64,000 nt of DNA from an uncultured Holophaga sp. Its GTDB lineage: Bacteria; Acidobacteriota; Holophagae; Holophagales; Holophagaceae. The position numbers were made by a program, and so were the translations under genes. Each line of letters opens with the position of its first letter. The stretch's first letter is position 1. The DNA is taken from positions 3,008,001-3,072,000 of the forward strand of contig OY761614.1 in assembly GCA_963664825.1 (NCBI GenBank), given 5' to 3'. The notes under the pieces are model-generated. The model was not told the origin of the DNA and made no database searches. It worked only from the letters and a program-made list of their open reading frames with translations. Below, one piece after another: positions 20,368 through 28,725 of this stretch.

Positions 20368-22296
20368 GAGTTTCTCGGGCTCGGTGCCGGTTTTCTCCAG
20401 GGAAAAGGCTTCCCGCATGCGCTCCAATATGGCGCGGGCGCTGCCTCGACCGGTGACCATCACGCAGGACGTGTTCATTTTTAGCCAATCCTGGGTGAGC
20501 CAAAGCATGGGCAGATGGAATTCTGCGTCCGGTCGCATGCGGTGATCAGCCACCACGCCCACGATGTCCAGGTGAGCATTCGAGCCGAGTTCAATGGTGC
20601 GGCCCACGGCGGAAGCATTGGGGAAGAAACGTCTGGCCAGATTCTCGTTGAGGATGACCTTGTCTTGTCCATCCTGATTGGTGAAATCCCGGCCTTCTAG
20701 AACGCTCACGCCCAGGGTGCTGAACCAATCTCCCGCCACCACGGCGCCCGGGAAAACCTCCATTTCCGTGCGTTCTCCACCCCGAATCCCGAATCTGAAA
20801 ATGAAGTTGGCCAAGGGTGCAGCGATGCCCCGGGTGGCTTTGGTGACTTCAGGCATGGCGCGCAATCGCGCCAGAAGCCGATCGGGAAGCCCTGGGTCAT
20901 TGGTGGTGTCCACGACCATGAAGGCGCGATGGGCGGTGGGATAGCCCATATGGGCTGCGCTGCGGAAGGCGTGCAAGGCCACGCTGGAAGCCACTAGGAG
21001 AATGAGTGAGAGCCCTACTTGGCCCATGACGAAGAACCCGCCGCCTTTCAGAAGCGTTGCTCCCCCACCCTTCAAGGCGAGGGCCCGGGCTGGATTCATG
21101 CGGCGCACCTTGAGGAGGGGAATCGCGGCGGCCAGCAGCAGGGCCACCAGGCTCAAACCCAGCCCCAGCGCCAGGATTCGTCCATCCAATTGGGGCAAAA
21201 TAATGGCGTCTTTTGCGGTCTGACCTGGATTCAACATGAAGTGCCGCGCCACCCAAAGCCCTGATCCAAGGGCCACGGGAGCGGTCAGGAGCGCCAGCAG
21301 GAGGGCTTCCAGGAGCAGAGGCTTGGCCAAGGCGCTTCCATCCGCGCCAAGGGCGTACCGGGTGACGAGCTCTTGCTCTCGTTTGGCCGCCCGGGCCGCA
21401 AATATCCCTGAGGTGCCCACGACCGCCAGCAGCAAGGCGAGGCCGGAAGTGATGAGCAGCAGCGTACGCTGCGGCAGGACACGCTTCAGCAGTTTCTGTT
21501 CGCTGGCTTCCAGGCTTTCCAAGACGAGATGCTGCCCCGAATCCGTATCTGGATGTGCCATGGCCATGGCGGCACTGGCCGTCTCTAGCGCGACCTGGGC
21601 CTGAAAACGGCTGACTCCGGGTTTCAATCGGGCCGCCACCGAGAAGGCCAGACTCTCGCGTCTAGAGAAGTAGCCTTGCGAGATCTTCGCGCCCTGCAAG
21701 GGAATCCAGAGATCCTCGCGCCTGCCGAGTTCCAGCCCCTCGAACCCCGCGGGACCGATGCCTACCACGGTGACGGGGATAGGCGATTCCCCCGTGAGCA
21801 CCGTGCGACCAAGGATGGCGGGATCGCCCTGGAAGGCGGTGCGCCAGAGGCGATGACTCAACACGGCTACGGGCGCTCCTGTGGCCTCTTCCTCCGAAGT
21901 GAAGGTCCGTCCATGGCTTGGCTTCATGCCTAATACCTGGAACCAGCCTCGACCGACCATGGACATGGCGACAGGCCATTTCCGATCCGCCAGCTGGAGT
22001 GTCGTGCTCGATTCACAGAGGGATTCGGCCATGTTCGTGAAGGGGCATGGGCAGGCTTTCAGTTCCTCGAAACGGGCATGCGAGACCCCCCACTTCAGCG
22101 GATCGCCCTTGAGCTGCGTCTTGATAATCGTGAGACGTTCACGCTCTGCCACTGGCAGCGGGCGCAGGAACACGGTCTGGAGGATGGAATAGAGGGCCAC
22201 GTTGGCCCCCAGGCCCAGGCCCAGCACGATGACGATGGGGAGGGTGAAACTGGGCGCGCGCAGGAGGGAACGCAAAGCAAGACGAAGATCGCGCAT
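19936..22296 (-). CDS. ABC transporter permease, ADOP-type, copy 2
   Basis: Same architecture; C-terminus nearly identical to copy 3. Confidence 0.93.
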   Translation of the reverse strand: MRDLRLALRSLLRAPSFTLPIVIVLGLGLGANVALYSILQTVFLRPLPVAERERLTIIKTQLKGDPLKWGVSHARFEELKACPCPFTNMAESLCESSTTLQLADRKWPVAMSMVGRGWFQVLGMKPSHGRTFTSEEEATGAPVAVLSHRLWRTAFQGDPAILGRTVLTGESPIPVTVVGIGPAGFEGLELGRREDLWIPLQGAKISQGYFSRRESLAFSVAARLKPGVSRFQAQVALETASAAMAMAHPDTDSGQHLVLESLEASEQKLLKRVLPQRTLLLITSGLALLLAVVGTSGIFAARAAKREQELVTRYALGADGSALAKPLLLEALLLALLTAPVALGSGLWVARHFMLNPGQTAKDAIILPQLDGRILALGLGLSLVALLLAAAIPLLKVRRMNPARALALKGGGATLLKGGGFFVMGQVGLSLILLVASSVALHAFRSAAHMGYPTAHRAFMVVDTTNDPGLPDRLLARLRAMPEVTKATRGIAAPLANFIFRFGIRGGERTEMEVFPGAVVAGDWFSTLGVSVLEGRDFTNQDGQDKVILNENLARRFFPNASAVGRTIELGSNAHLDIVGVVADHRMRPDAEFHLPMLWLTQDWLKMNTSCVMVTGRGSARAILERMREAFSLEKTGTEPEKLITLEDHVAATLHQENQNMRLLGSLGLGSLMLACFGLWAALNLQVALKGRELAIRMALGATARQLATRILGLGARLLALGLVTGAFVIWLLTRLAASHWAGLPTLSSLDLLSAAGALTAAGLLACLIPALRAARTNPSDTLRNE

Positions 22297-22299
22297 GGA

Positions 22300-24663
22300 C
22301 TACTCCGAGCGAAGGGCCCGAGCCGGGCTCATGCGGGCGGCCCGCAGGGCGGGAAAGAGCGTGGCCAGGGCTGCCGCAGTGGAAAGCAGCAGGCAGGCAT
22401 AGAGGAGCACGGGCATGTCCAGGGGCGCAAAGCCATCGCTCTGGTGGACCAGTACGCGGGAGGTGACCATGGCCAGGAGGCTGCCCATCCCGAGGCCGGG
22501 AACCAGAGGGAGCAGGGAACCCTTAGCCAGCAAGGTCAGGACGGTGCCGGGACCTGCACCCATGGCCACGCGGATGCCCAGCTCTCGTTGGCGGCTCTCG
22601 GCCAGATGAGCGGAGATGCCGTAGAGGCCGCAAAGGCTCAGAAACAGCGCAACGGCGCCCATGATGGCACTGAGGAAGAAGAGCTGGCGGGGCTGAGATA
22701 GCTTTTCACTGCGCAGTTCCTCCAGGCTGTTCAGGGTGAATGGGATGTCCCTCAGCTCGGCGCGGGCAGCGTTCCGGATGGCGGCCTTGACAGCGCTGGG
22801 CGAGCCCTGGGCGTGGATGGTGAAATTGATGAGAGGGGCCTGGAACGGGTCCAGGCGGGAGGTAGCCGCGAAGACATAGGGTTCGGGCTGGTCCGTGGGC
22901 CCCTCAAAGCGGGTGCTCTTCAAGACGCCTGCCACTTCCACATTTTTGAAAACAAACTGGAAGGTTTTCCCAAGGGCAGATTCGCCTGGCCAGCGCTGTT
23001 GCGCGTATTCGGCACTGACGAGCACCCTGGGCTGATCCTCGTCCCCTGCTTCCAGGAAGCGTCCCTCCTGCAACTTCATCCCCAGGAGGGAGGGCAGATT
23101 GTAGTTGGCGGCGAGCAGAAAGGTATGGGGACCTCCCATTTGCCCAGCAATGGCGGCGCTGAAGCCCTTGATGGGCCGCCCCTGGTTCATGGCGATTGCC
23201 TGGACGCCGGGGATCTGGCGCAGCCTTTCCTGCAAAACAGGCAGCGTGGGCAGCAGTTCCGCGTCCTTGCGTCCCACCTTGCCGGGTTCGCATTCCAACA
23301 GGTAGCGGTCCCGGATCTCCAGGCCCAAGGGGATGTCCAGCTGGCGGCGCAGGTCCTTCAGGCAGAGGCTGGCCGAACAGAGCAGCACCAGGGCCAGGGC
23401 CGCCTGGGTGGCCACCAGCAGTCCCCTCAGCCTCCAGCCTCCCGTGAGAGTGCGGCCTTCCTTCAGGGGGCTGCCCAGATCCATGCGCCGAGCCTGGAGG
23501 TAGACAAAGCAGGCCAGCAGTGCCCCTAGGAGCATGGCCAACAGGAGCGTCGCAAGGCCCGTCCAGAGGCCGAAGGTGACGTGCATCTTGGGGGGATAGG
23601 GCAGCAGGGCCTGGATGGCCTCCAGCATCGGCGCCGACAGGATGGCCAGGAGAATGGCAGCTCCACCCGCCAGGAGGCTGAGCAGCAGATTTTCCAGAAG
23701 GATCATCCGGAAGAGCTGACCGGGCCTTGCTCCCAGGGCCGTGCGCAGGGCCAATTCATGGCGACGGCGTTGAAGCCGGGCGGTCTGGAGGGAGAGCACA
23801 TTGGCCAGGCCGATGGCGAGGATCAACAATGCCGCCCCGTGCAGTCCCGCCAGGCCCCGGCTCAGTTTCCGGTGGATGTTCCCGGGCAGGGGGTGATAGG
23901 CATGGAGTTCTAGATGGAAATCCTTCCCCCAATCCAGGCTCCTAAGAGCGGCCTTAGCCTGGGCCAGAGAAGTTCCCGGGCGCAGACGTGCCAGCACCGT
24001 GCCCATACTTCGAAAGGGCATCGTGGGAGGAACAATCTGGTCCTGGCAGGGTAGGAAAAGCTCCGCGTTTTCGCTCAAGGAGTGGCCTTCGAAGCCAGGA
24101 GGCAGAATCCCTACCACGGAATATTCTTTGCCATCCACTTTCACCAAGGTGCCAAGCACATCCCTTCGGCTATCCAAGTTTGCCTTCCAGAAATGGTGGC
24201 TCAGGATCGCCACTTTCTCCGTGGATCCAGCCCCTGTCTCATTCGGCAGGAAGTCCCGGCCCAGATAGGGCTGAATGCCCAGGAGGGGCAGATACTCGTG
24301 GGTGATCTGCATGACCTGAACAGGCTCTAGCCTATCCCTACCATTCCAGGTTTTTGTGCGCGGGACACTGGCCAGGGCCGTTTCGGCGAAGGCGGGCAGA
24401 TGGCGCAGCGCATCATAGGCCGAGGTACTGCCACTTTCCCCCCCCTCAGGTTTTGAAGCATGATTGGACAGATCCATCACCTCCAGCAGCGTCCCCGGTT
24501 CCATCACCGGCGCAGGGCGCAGCAGGAAGGTTCTGGAGAGCACCAGCAGCGCGCCGTTTAGTCCCAGTCCCAACGCTAGGGCCAGCACGCTGAAGAATGT
24601 GAAGGCCCGGTCTCGGGTCAGGGATCGTAAGGATTGAATGAGTTCGCGAAGCAGCGTGAGCAC
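22300..24663 (-). CDS. ABC transporter permease, ADOP-type, copy 1
   Basis: GTG start with GGAAAGG; RRHELALRTALGA, RQRELGIRVAMGA, PALRAARMSPARALRSE. Confidence 0.92.
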   Translation of the reverse strand: MLTLLRELIQSLRSLTRDRAFTFFSVLALALGLGLNGALLVLSRTFLLRPAPVMEPGTLLEVMDLSNHASKPEGGESGSTSAYDALRHLPAFAETALASVPRTKTWNGRDRLEPVQVMQITHEYLPLLGIQPYLGRDFLPNETGAGSTEKVAILSHHFWKANLDSRRDVLGTLVKVDGKEYSVVGILPPGFEGHSLSENAELFLPCQDQIVPPTMPFRSMGTVLARLRPGTSLAQAKAALRSLDWGKDFHLELHAYHPLPGNIHRKLSRGLAGLHGAALLILAIGLANVLSLQTARLQRRRHELALRTALGARPGQLFRMILLENLLLSLLAGGAAILLAILSAPMLEAIQALLPYPPKMHVTFGLWTGLATLLLAMLLGALLACFVYLQARRMDLGSPLKEGRTLTGGWRLRGLLVATQAALALVLLCSASLCLKDLRRQLDIPLGLEIRDRYLLECEPGKVGRKDAELLPTLPVLQERLRQIPGVQAIAMNQGRPIKGFSAAIAGQMGGPHTFLLAANYNLPSLLGMKLQEGRFLEAGDEDQPRVLVSAEYAQQRWPGESALGKTFQFVFKNVEVAGVLKSTRFEGPTDQPEPYVFAATSRLDPFQAPLINFTIHAQGSPSAVKAAIRNAARAELRDIPFTLNSLEELRSEKLSQPRQLFFLSAIMGAVALFLSLCGLYGISAHLAESRQRELGIRVAMGAGPGTVLTLLAKGSLLPLVPGLGMGSLLAMVTSRVLVHQSDGFAPLDMPVLLYACLLLSTAAALATLFPALRAARMSPARALRSE

Positions 24664-24767
24664 AAAGACCTTTCCATACGGCGGTTTTCACCGCCGTTCT
24701 GCACGGGCAAAAAGGCAATTCAAGCCGGTGATGGACACCGATGAAAGGTGATAAGGACAATCCAGAA

Positions 24768-25472
24768 TCACAGCACGTGTTTTTTCGCGGCCTCTTCTTC
24801 CGAAACGATGCGCCCGTCGAAGAGATGCACGGTGCGGTCGGCGACACCGGCGAAGCGCGTATCGTGGGTCACCATGCAGATGGTGGAACCGCGATGATGC
24901 AGGTCCTTCAGCAGTTCCATCACGGCCTCGCCATTGGTGGAATCCAGGTTGCCCGTGGGCTCGTCGGCCAGCAGGATGGAAGGCCTTCCCGCCAGGGCCC
25001 GGGCCACGGCCACGCGCTGTTGCTGGCCGCCCGAGAGCTGGCTGGGCAGGTGCTTGGCTCGATGGCCCATACCCACCTCCTCCAGGCAGGAGAGCGCCCT
25101 CGCCCGCCGCTCACCCGTGGACATGCCGCGATAGACCAATGGGAGTTCCACGTTTTCGAAGACCGTCAGATCGCCGATGAGATTGAAGCTCTGGAAGATG
25201 AATCCGATCTCCCTGTTGCGGATGCGAGCCCGCTCCGAGAGCCTCAGGCCTGAGGCGGCCTTGTTGTTGAGGGTGTAGGTCCCGGAGGTGGGCGTGTCCA
25301 AAAGCCCGAGAATCGAGAGCAGTGTGGACTTCCCGCAGCCCGAGGGACCGGCGATGGAGACGAATTCCCCCTCCTGGATATCCAGGTGGATGCCGGAGAG
25401 GGCGTGGGTCTCCACCTCGTCGGTGGTGAAGACCTTCTTGATGCTTTCGAGTCGGATGAGGGATTTGGTCAT
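24768..25472 (-). CDS. ABC transporter ATP-binding protein (MacB/LolD-like)
   Basis: [35 protein letters not shown]. Confidence 0.97.
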   Translation of the reverse strand: MTKSLIRLESIKKVFTTDEVETHALSGIHLDIQEGEFVSIAGPSGCGKSTLLSILGLLDTPTSGTYTLNNKAASGLRLSERARIRNREIGFIFQSFNLIGDLTVFENVELPLVYRGMSTGERRARALSCLEEVGMGHRAKHLPSQLSGGQQQRVAVARALAGRPSILLADEPTGNLDSTNGEAVMELLKDLHHRGSTICMVTHDTRFAGVADRTVHLFDGRIVSEEEAAKKHVL

Positions 25473-25520
25473 GGGAACTCCTTGTGTGGGTAGGGACTAA
25501 TTCGAGTAGCGGCGCCTTTC

Positions 25521-26741
25521 TTATTTCAGTCGGATGCGGTCACTGCCATCCCAGGCGCTGGTGTCGCTGAGGATCACCTGGTCGCCGGGGCGGAGGCCTT
25601 CCACGATCTCGATGGTGGAGACCGAGCCGCGGCCCAGGCGGACCTTCACGCGGGTGGCTTCCCGGCCATCGGGGCTGAGCTTGAAGAGACTGAGGGTTCC
25701 ATGGGCCTGGGCCTGGACGGGACGCCCCACGAAAGTACCGTCATTGACGCGATCCAGTTCGATGATGCCCTCCACGCTGAGATCGGGGCGGGCGCCCTTG
25801 GGCAGTTCGCCTTCGAGGCTGGCATCCACGGTGACGGTGCCGTTCTGCACGGAGGGATCGATGCGGATCACCCGACCCTTCACCAGGCCATTGCGGGTAT
25901 CGATTTCCACGCTCTGGCCGATCTGCACATCCTTGGCCTGGGTCTCGCTGATTTTCAGTTCGGCCTTGAGGGGGCGCGGCTTGGCGACCTTGGCCAGATT
26001 GGCGCCCGGCGCGAGCTGCTGGCCCACCTGGAGGGGCACGAGTTGGAGGATGCCGGCCATGCCCGCACGGACCTTGAGGGAATCCAGCTGTTCCCGCTTG
26101 AGGGCATAGAGGGCCCGGGCCTGCTCCAGCCGGGCCCGGGCGGGGGCCACCCGGCCCGGTTGGGCTTCGAAGAGGGCCATGCGGGCCTCCTCGGAAGCCA
26201 GGCGCCCGGTGCTCTCTTCGGATTTCACCTTGGCCCGCAGCACATCCAGATCGCTCTGCAGGCCCTCCTTCTGGAGCCGTTCGGTCGCGCGCAGCACGGC
26301 CCGGCCCTCCTGGGCATTGGCCTTGGCTGAATTGAGCTGGGCCCTCTGGTTGAGGCGGTCCACCTCGTAGTCGGCCTCGGCCCTCCGCAGCTGCCAGAGG
26401 GCGTCCTCGGCCGCCTGGCGCAGCTCGGGACTGGAGAGCTCGGCGATGACGCTCCCGGGCTGGACCTCCGTGCCCGGGAAGAGGACGATGCGCTCGACCA
26501 TGCAGGGCACCTGGGCGGTGATCATCCGCACGTCTACCGGCACCAGCGTGCCCGTGCCGCGCACCTGGAAGACCATGGCCCCCCGCTTAACGCCATCGAT
26601 GAGCAGGCTGCCCCGTTCCACGGAAGGGGCCGCGGGCTTGAGGCGACCGAGGCCGATGACCAGCAGCAGGAGGGCGAGCCCGCAGGCGGCGCCCAGATAG
26701 TATTTCCGGCGGCTCGGGGGGGTCTGGCGGGGGACATCCAT
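25521..26741 (-). CDS. Efflux periplasmic adaptor (HlyD/MacA-like)
   Basis: ATG 26741 with GGAG; single N-terminal TM; VRGTGTL, G.V.RIDPSV.NGTV.V and GL.PGD.VILSD. Confidence 0.92.
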   Translation of the reverse strand: MDVPRQTPPSRRKYYLGAACGLALLLLVIGLGRLKPAAPSVERGSLLIDGVKRGAMVFQVRGTGTLVPVDVRMITAQVPCMVERIVLFPGTEVQPGSVIAELSSPELRQAAEDALWQLRRAEADYEVDRLNQRAQLNSAKANAQEGRAVLRATERLQKEGLQSDLDVLRAKVKSEESTGRLASEEARMALFEAQPGRVAPARARLEQARALYALKREQLDSLKVRAGMAGILQLVPLQVGQQLAPGANLAKVAKPRPLKAELKISETQAKDVQIGQSVEIDTRNGLVKGRVIRIDPSVQNGTVTVDASLEGELPKGARPDLSVEGIIELDRVNDGTFVGRPVQAQAHGTLSLFKLSPDGREATRVKVRLGRGSVSTIEIVEGLRPGDQVILSDTSAWDGSDRIRLK

Positions 26742-26763
26742 GGTTTGGGCTCCGGGCAGGAAT

Positions 26764-26779
26764 AGCCAAGGGCATGCCG
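26764..26779 (-). promoter_or_regulatory. Sigma54 (-24/-12) promoter of the adaptor-ATPase-permease operon
   Basis: Minus strand cGGCATGCCCTTGGCt gives GG-N10-GC just upstream of the RBS; an NtrC-family activator is encoded at the operon end. Confidence 0.75.
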
Positions 26780-26830
26780 TTTTAAAAATCAAACAAATGC
26801 AGGGATTACATCAAAGCGCCTGAGCAGGAA

Positions 26831-26870
26831 CCGTCCCAACTTCGGGACGGCCCGTCCCGGGTGTGGGACG
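26831..26870. promoter_or_regulatory. Two tandem palindromic enhancer sites, CGTCCC-N6-GGGACG
   Basis: CCGTCCC-aacttc-GGGACGG (26831-26850) and CGTCCC-gggtgt-GGGACG (26853-26870); centres 21 bp apart, roughly 90-110 bp upstream of the predicted start. Confidence 0.75.
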
Positions 26871-27001
26871 AATTCTCTCCCCTCGTCACCCGCTACCTGC
26901 GGTGTGCACTGGCCGCCTCGCAGGCCACGCCCTATTCTTGGCGAGCCCTTCGGCTCCTGCGGCTCTGCCCAGGTTCCTTCTCTCCTGTCATGAGGCGACC
27001 G

Positions 27002-27406
27002 ATGACCCGGTTCACGTGGAACCCGAAACTCGCCACAGGCATCGCGTCGATCGACGCCCAGCACATCTCGCTATTCGAATCCGCTAAGTACTTGCACCAG
27101 ACATTCCGCGATCAAACGGCTTCTGAAGGCATCGCCCACACCCTCAATCACCTCGTCGCCTATTGCGCGACCCATTTCGAAGACGAGGAGGGATACATGA
27201 TTCAACGATCCTTCCCGCGCCTTCATGAGCACCAAGCAGAACACCGCAAGCTGATGTCTCGCGTATTCCATCTGCGAGACCGCTACGTGGCGGGGGAAAC
27301 GAGCGTGGCGATGGATTTATCCATCCTCATAGCCGATTGGTTGAGGGACCACATCCTCAAGTTCGACCAGGCCTTCGCGGAATACGTCCGTCAGGCAGAT
27401 CGCTGA
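27002..27406 (+). CDS. Bacteriohemerythrin
   Basis: FTW...LATGI..IDAQH, HFEDEE, HQAEH and WL.DHI...D iron-ligand pattern. Confidence 0.93.
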   Translation: MTRFTWNPKLATGIASIDAQHISLFESAKYLHQTFRDQTASEGIAHTLNHLVAYCATHFEDEEGYMIQRSFPRLHEHQAEHRKLMSRVFHLRDRYVAGETSVAMDLSILIADWLRDHILKFDQAFAEYVRQADR

Positions 27407-27455
27407 AGGGCCGTTTCTCGCTCTGTGCTAGCCTGGGGCCCCTCCTGGAGGCCTC

Positions 27456-28619
27456 ATGCGCCGACTGCTTCCCGTTGTCCTGGTCCTGCTCGCGCTTCCT
27501 GTCTACGGGCAGTTCTGGAGCGAACTGGCCAACCCCAAGGTGGAAGTGACCCTCGTCCATCCCCCGGGCATGGGTCTTCAGGTGGAACGGCTGGCCTTCG
27601 CACCGGCCCGGGACTTCGATTCCAGAGAACTGGTCGATATCCTCACGGCTGAAGTGGTGCAGAGTCGGCAGGTGGAGGTGGTGGACCGGGCCCATCTCGA
27701 CGCCTTATTGCATGAACAGGAACTGGGTGCCGAGGGCTACATCGAGCCGGCCACCATCGCTAGGCTGGGCAAGCTGCTGGGGCCCAGCGTGCTGGTCATC
27801 GTGCATGTGAATCGCTCGGAGCTCAGCCGCAACCGGTCCACCAAGGAGGAGCGCGGCACGGACCACAAGACCAAGCAGGAATTCGTGCGCCTCAAGCGGA
27901 CCAGCATCACCAGCCTGGACTTCAGCGCCACGGTCCAGGTGATCGATCTCAACACGGGCCGCGTCTTCGGCGCCCAGCGCCTAGAGGATTCACCCAGCCT
28001 CAGCAACACTTCGTACGAGGGCTTCCCGGCCTATCCCAATGATGCCGATGTTCGCCGCCTGGGCCTTGAAACCGCCAAGGAAAAAGTGCTGCGCATGCTG
28101 CTGGCCTGGAGCGAGGTGCGCAAGCTCACCTTTTTCGACGACGAGGTCTTCGGCATGGCCAAGGCCCACGAACGGCTCCGGGCGCGGGATACCCGGGGCG
28201 CGCTGGATCTGGCCCTGGAGGGCCTCGAACAGTCGAAGCGGGACAAGGGGCAGAAGCCCAAGTACTACCCCCGGACCCAGTACAACGTCGGCATCATCCA
28301 CTTCATCCTGGGGCGCTACGAAGATGCCCTGCCTTTCCTGCGGGCAGCCCTGGATATGCAGCCCGACGCCAGCATCTTCCAGACGGCCCTGAGGGAATGC
28401 CAGGAGGCCATCGGCCTTCAGGAGGCCTTGCGGCGCTCCGAGACTCGCGCTGAGCAGGCCTCCCGTCCGGCCGCTCCCTCGCCTTCTCCATCCAAGGCCT
28501 CAGAGCTTGCCCCCAGCGCAGAGGAACGCCTTCAGAAGCTTCAGGAACTCTACAAGAAGGGCCTGCTGAGTAAGAAGGAATTCGAGACCAAGAAGGCGGA
28601 GATCCTGAAGACCCTGTGA
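27456..28619 (+). CDS. Exported CsgG-like / TPR / SHOCT-domain protein
   Basis: Signal peptide; VVDR.HLD.LL.EQ.L....I.PATIARLGKLLG (CsgG-like); TPR YNVGII...GRYEDAL; SHOCT ERLQKL.EL..KGLLS..EFE.KK.EIL. Confidence 0.8.
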   Translation: MRRLLPVVLVLLALPVYGQFWSELANPKVEVTLVHPPGMGLQVERLAFAPARDFDSRELVDILTAEVVQSRQVEVVDRAHLDALLHEQELGAEGYIEPATIARLGKLLGPSVLVIVHVNRSELSRNRSTKEERGTDHKTKQEFVRLKRTSITSLDFSATVQVIDLNTGRVFGAQRLEDSPSLSNTSYEGFPAYPNDADVRRLGLETAKEKVLRMLLAWSEVRKLTFFDDEVFGMAKAHERLRARDTRGALDLALEGLEQSKRDKGQKPKYYPRTQYNVGIIHFILGRYEDALPFLRAALDMQPDASIFQTALRECQEAIGLQEALRRSETRAEQASRPAAPSPSPSKASELAPSAEERLQKLQELYKKGLLSKKEFETKKAEILKTL

Positions 28620-28671
28620 GCGAGCCCTGCGGTATCGGGTGGGTGAACGGGTGAAGGTTCCAAGGTGTTCC

Positions 28672-28702
28672 GCTATTCAATTATGCTGCATAATTGAATA
28701 GC
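28672..28702. promoter_or_regulatory. Perfect 31-bp palindrome, probable operator
   Basis: GCTATTCAATTATGC-T-GCATAATTGAATAGC, AT-rich, 23 bp upstream of the ATG at 28726. Confidence 0.75.
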
Positions 28703-28725
28703 TTCCTGTCCTTGAAAGGTCTCCC

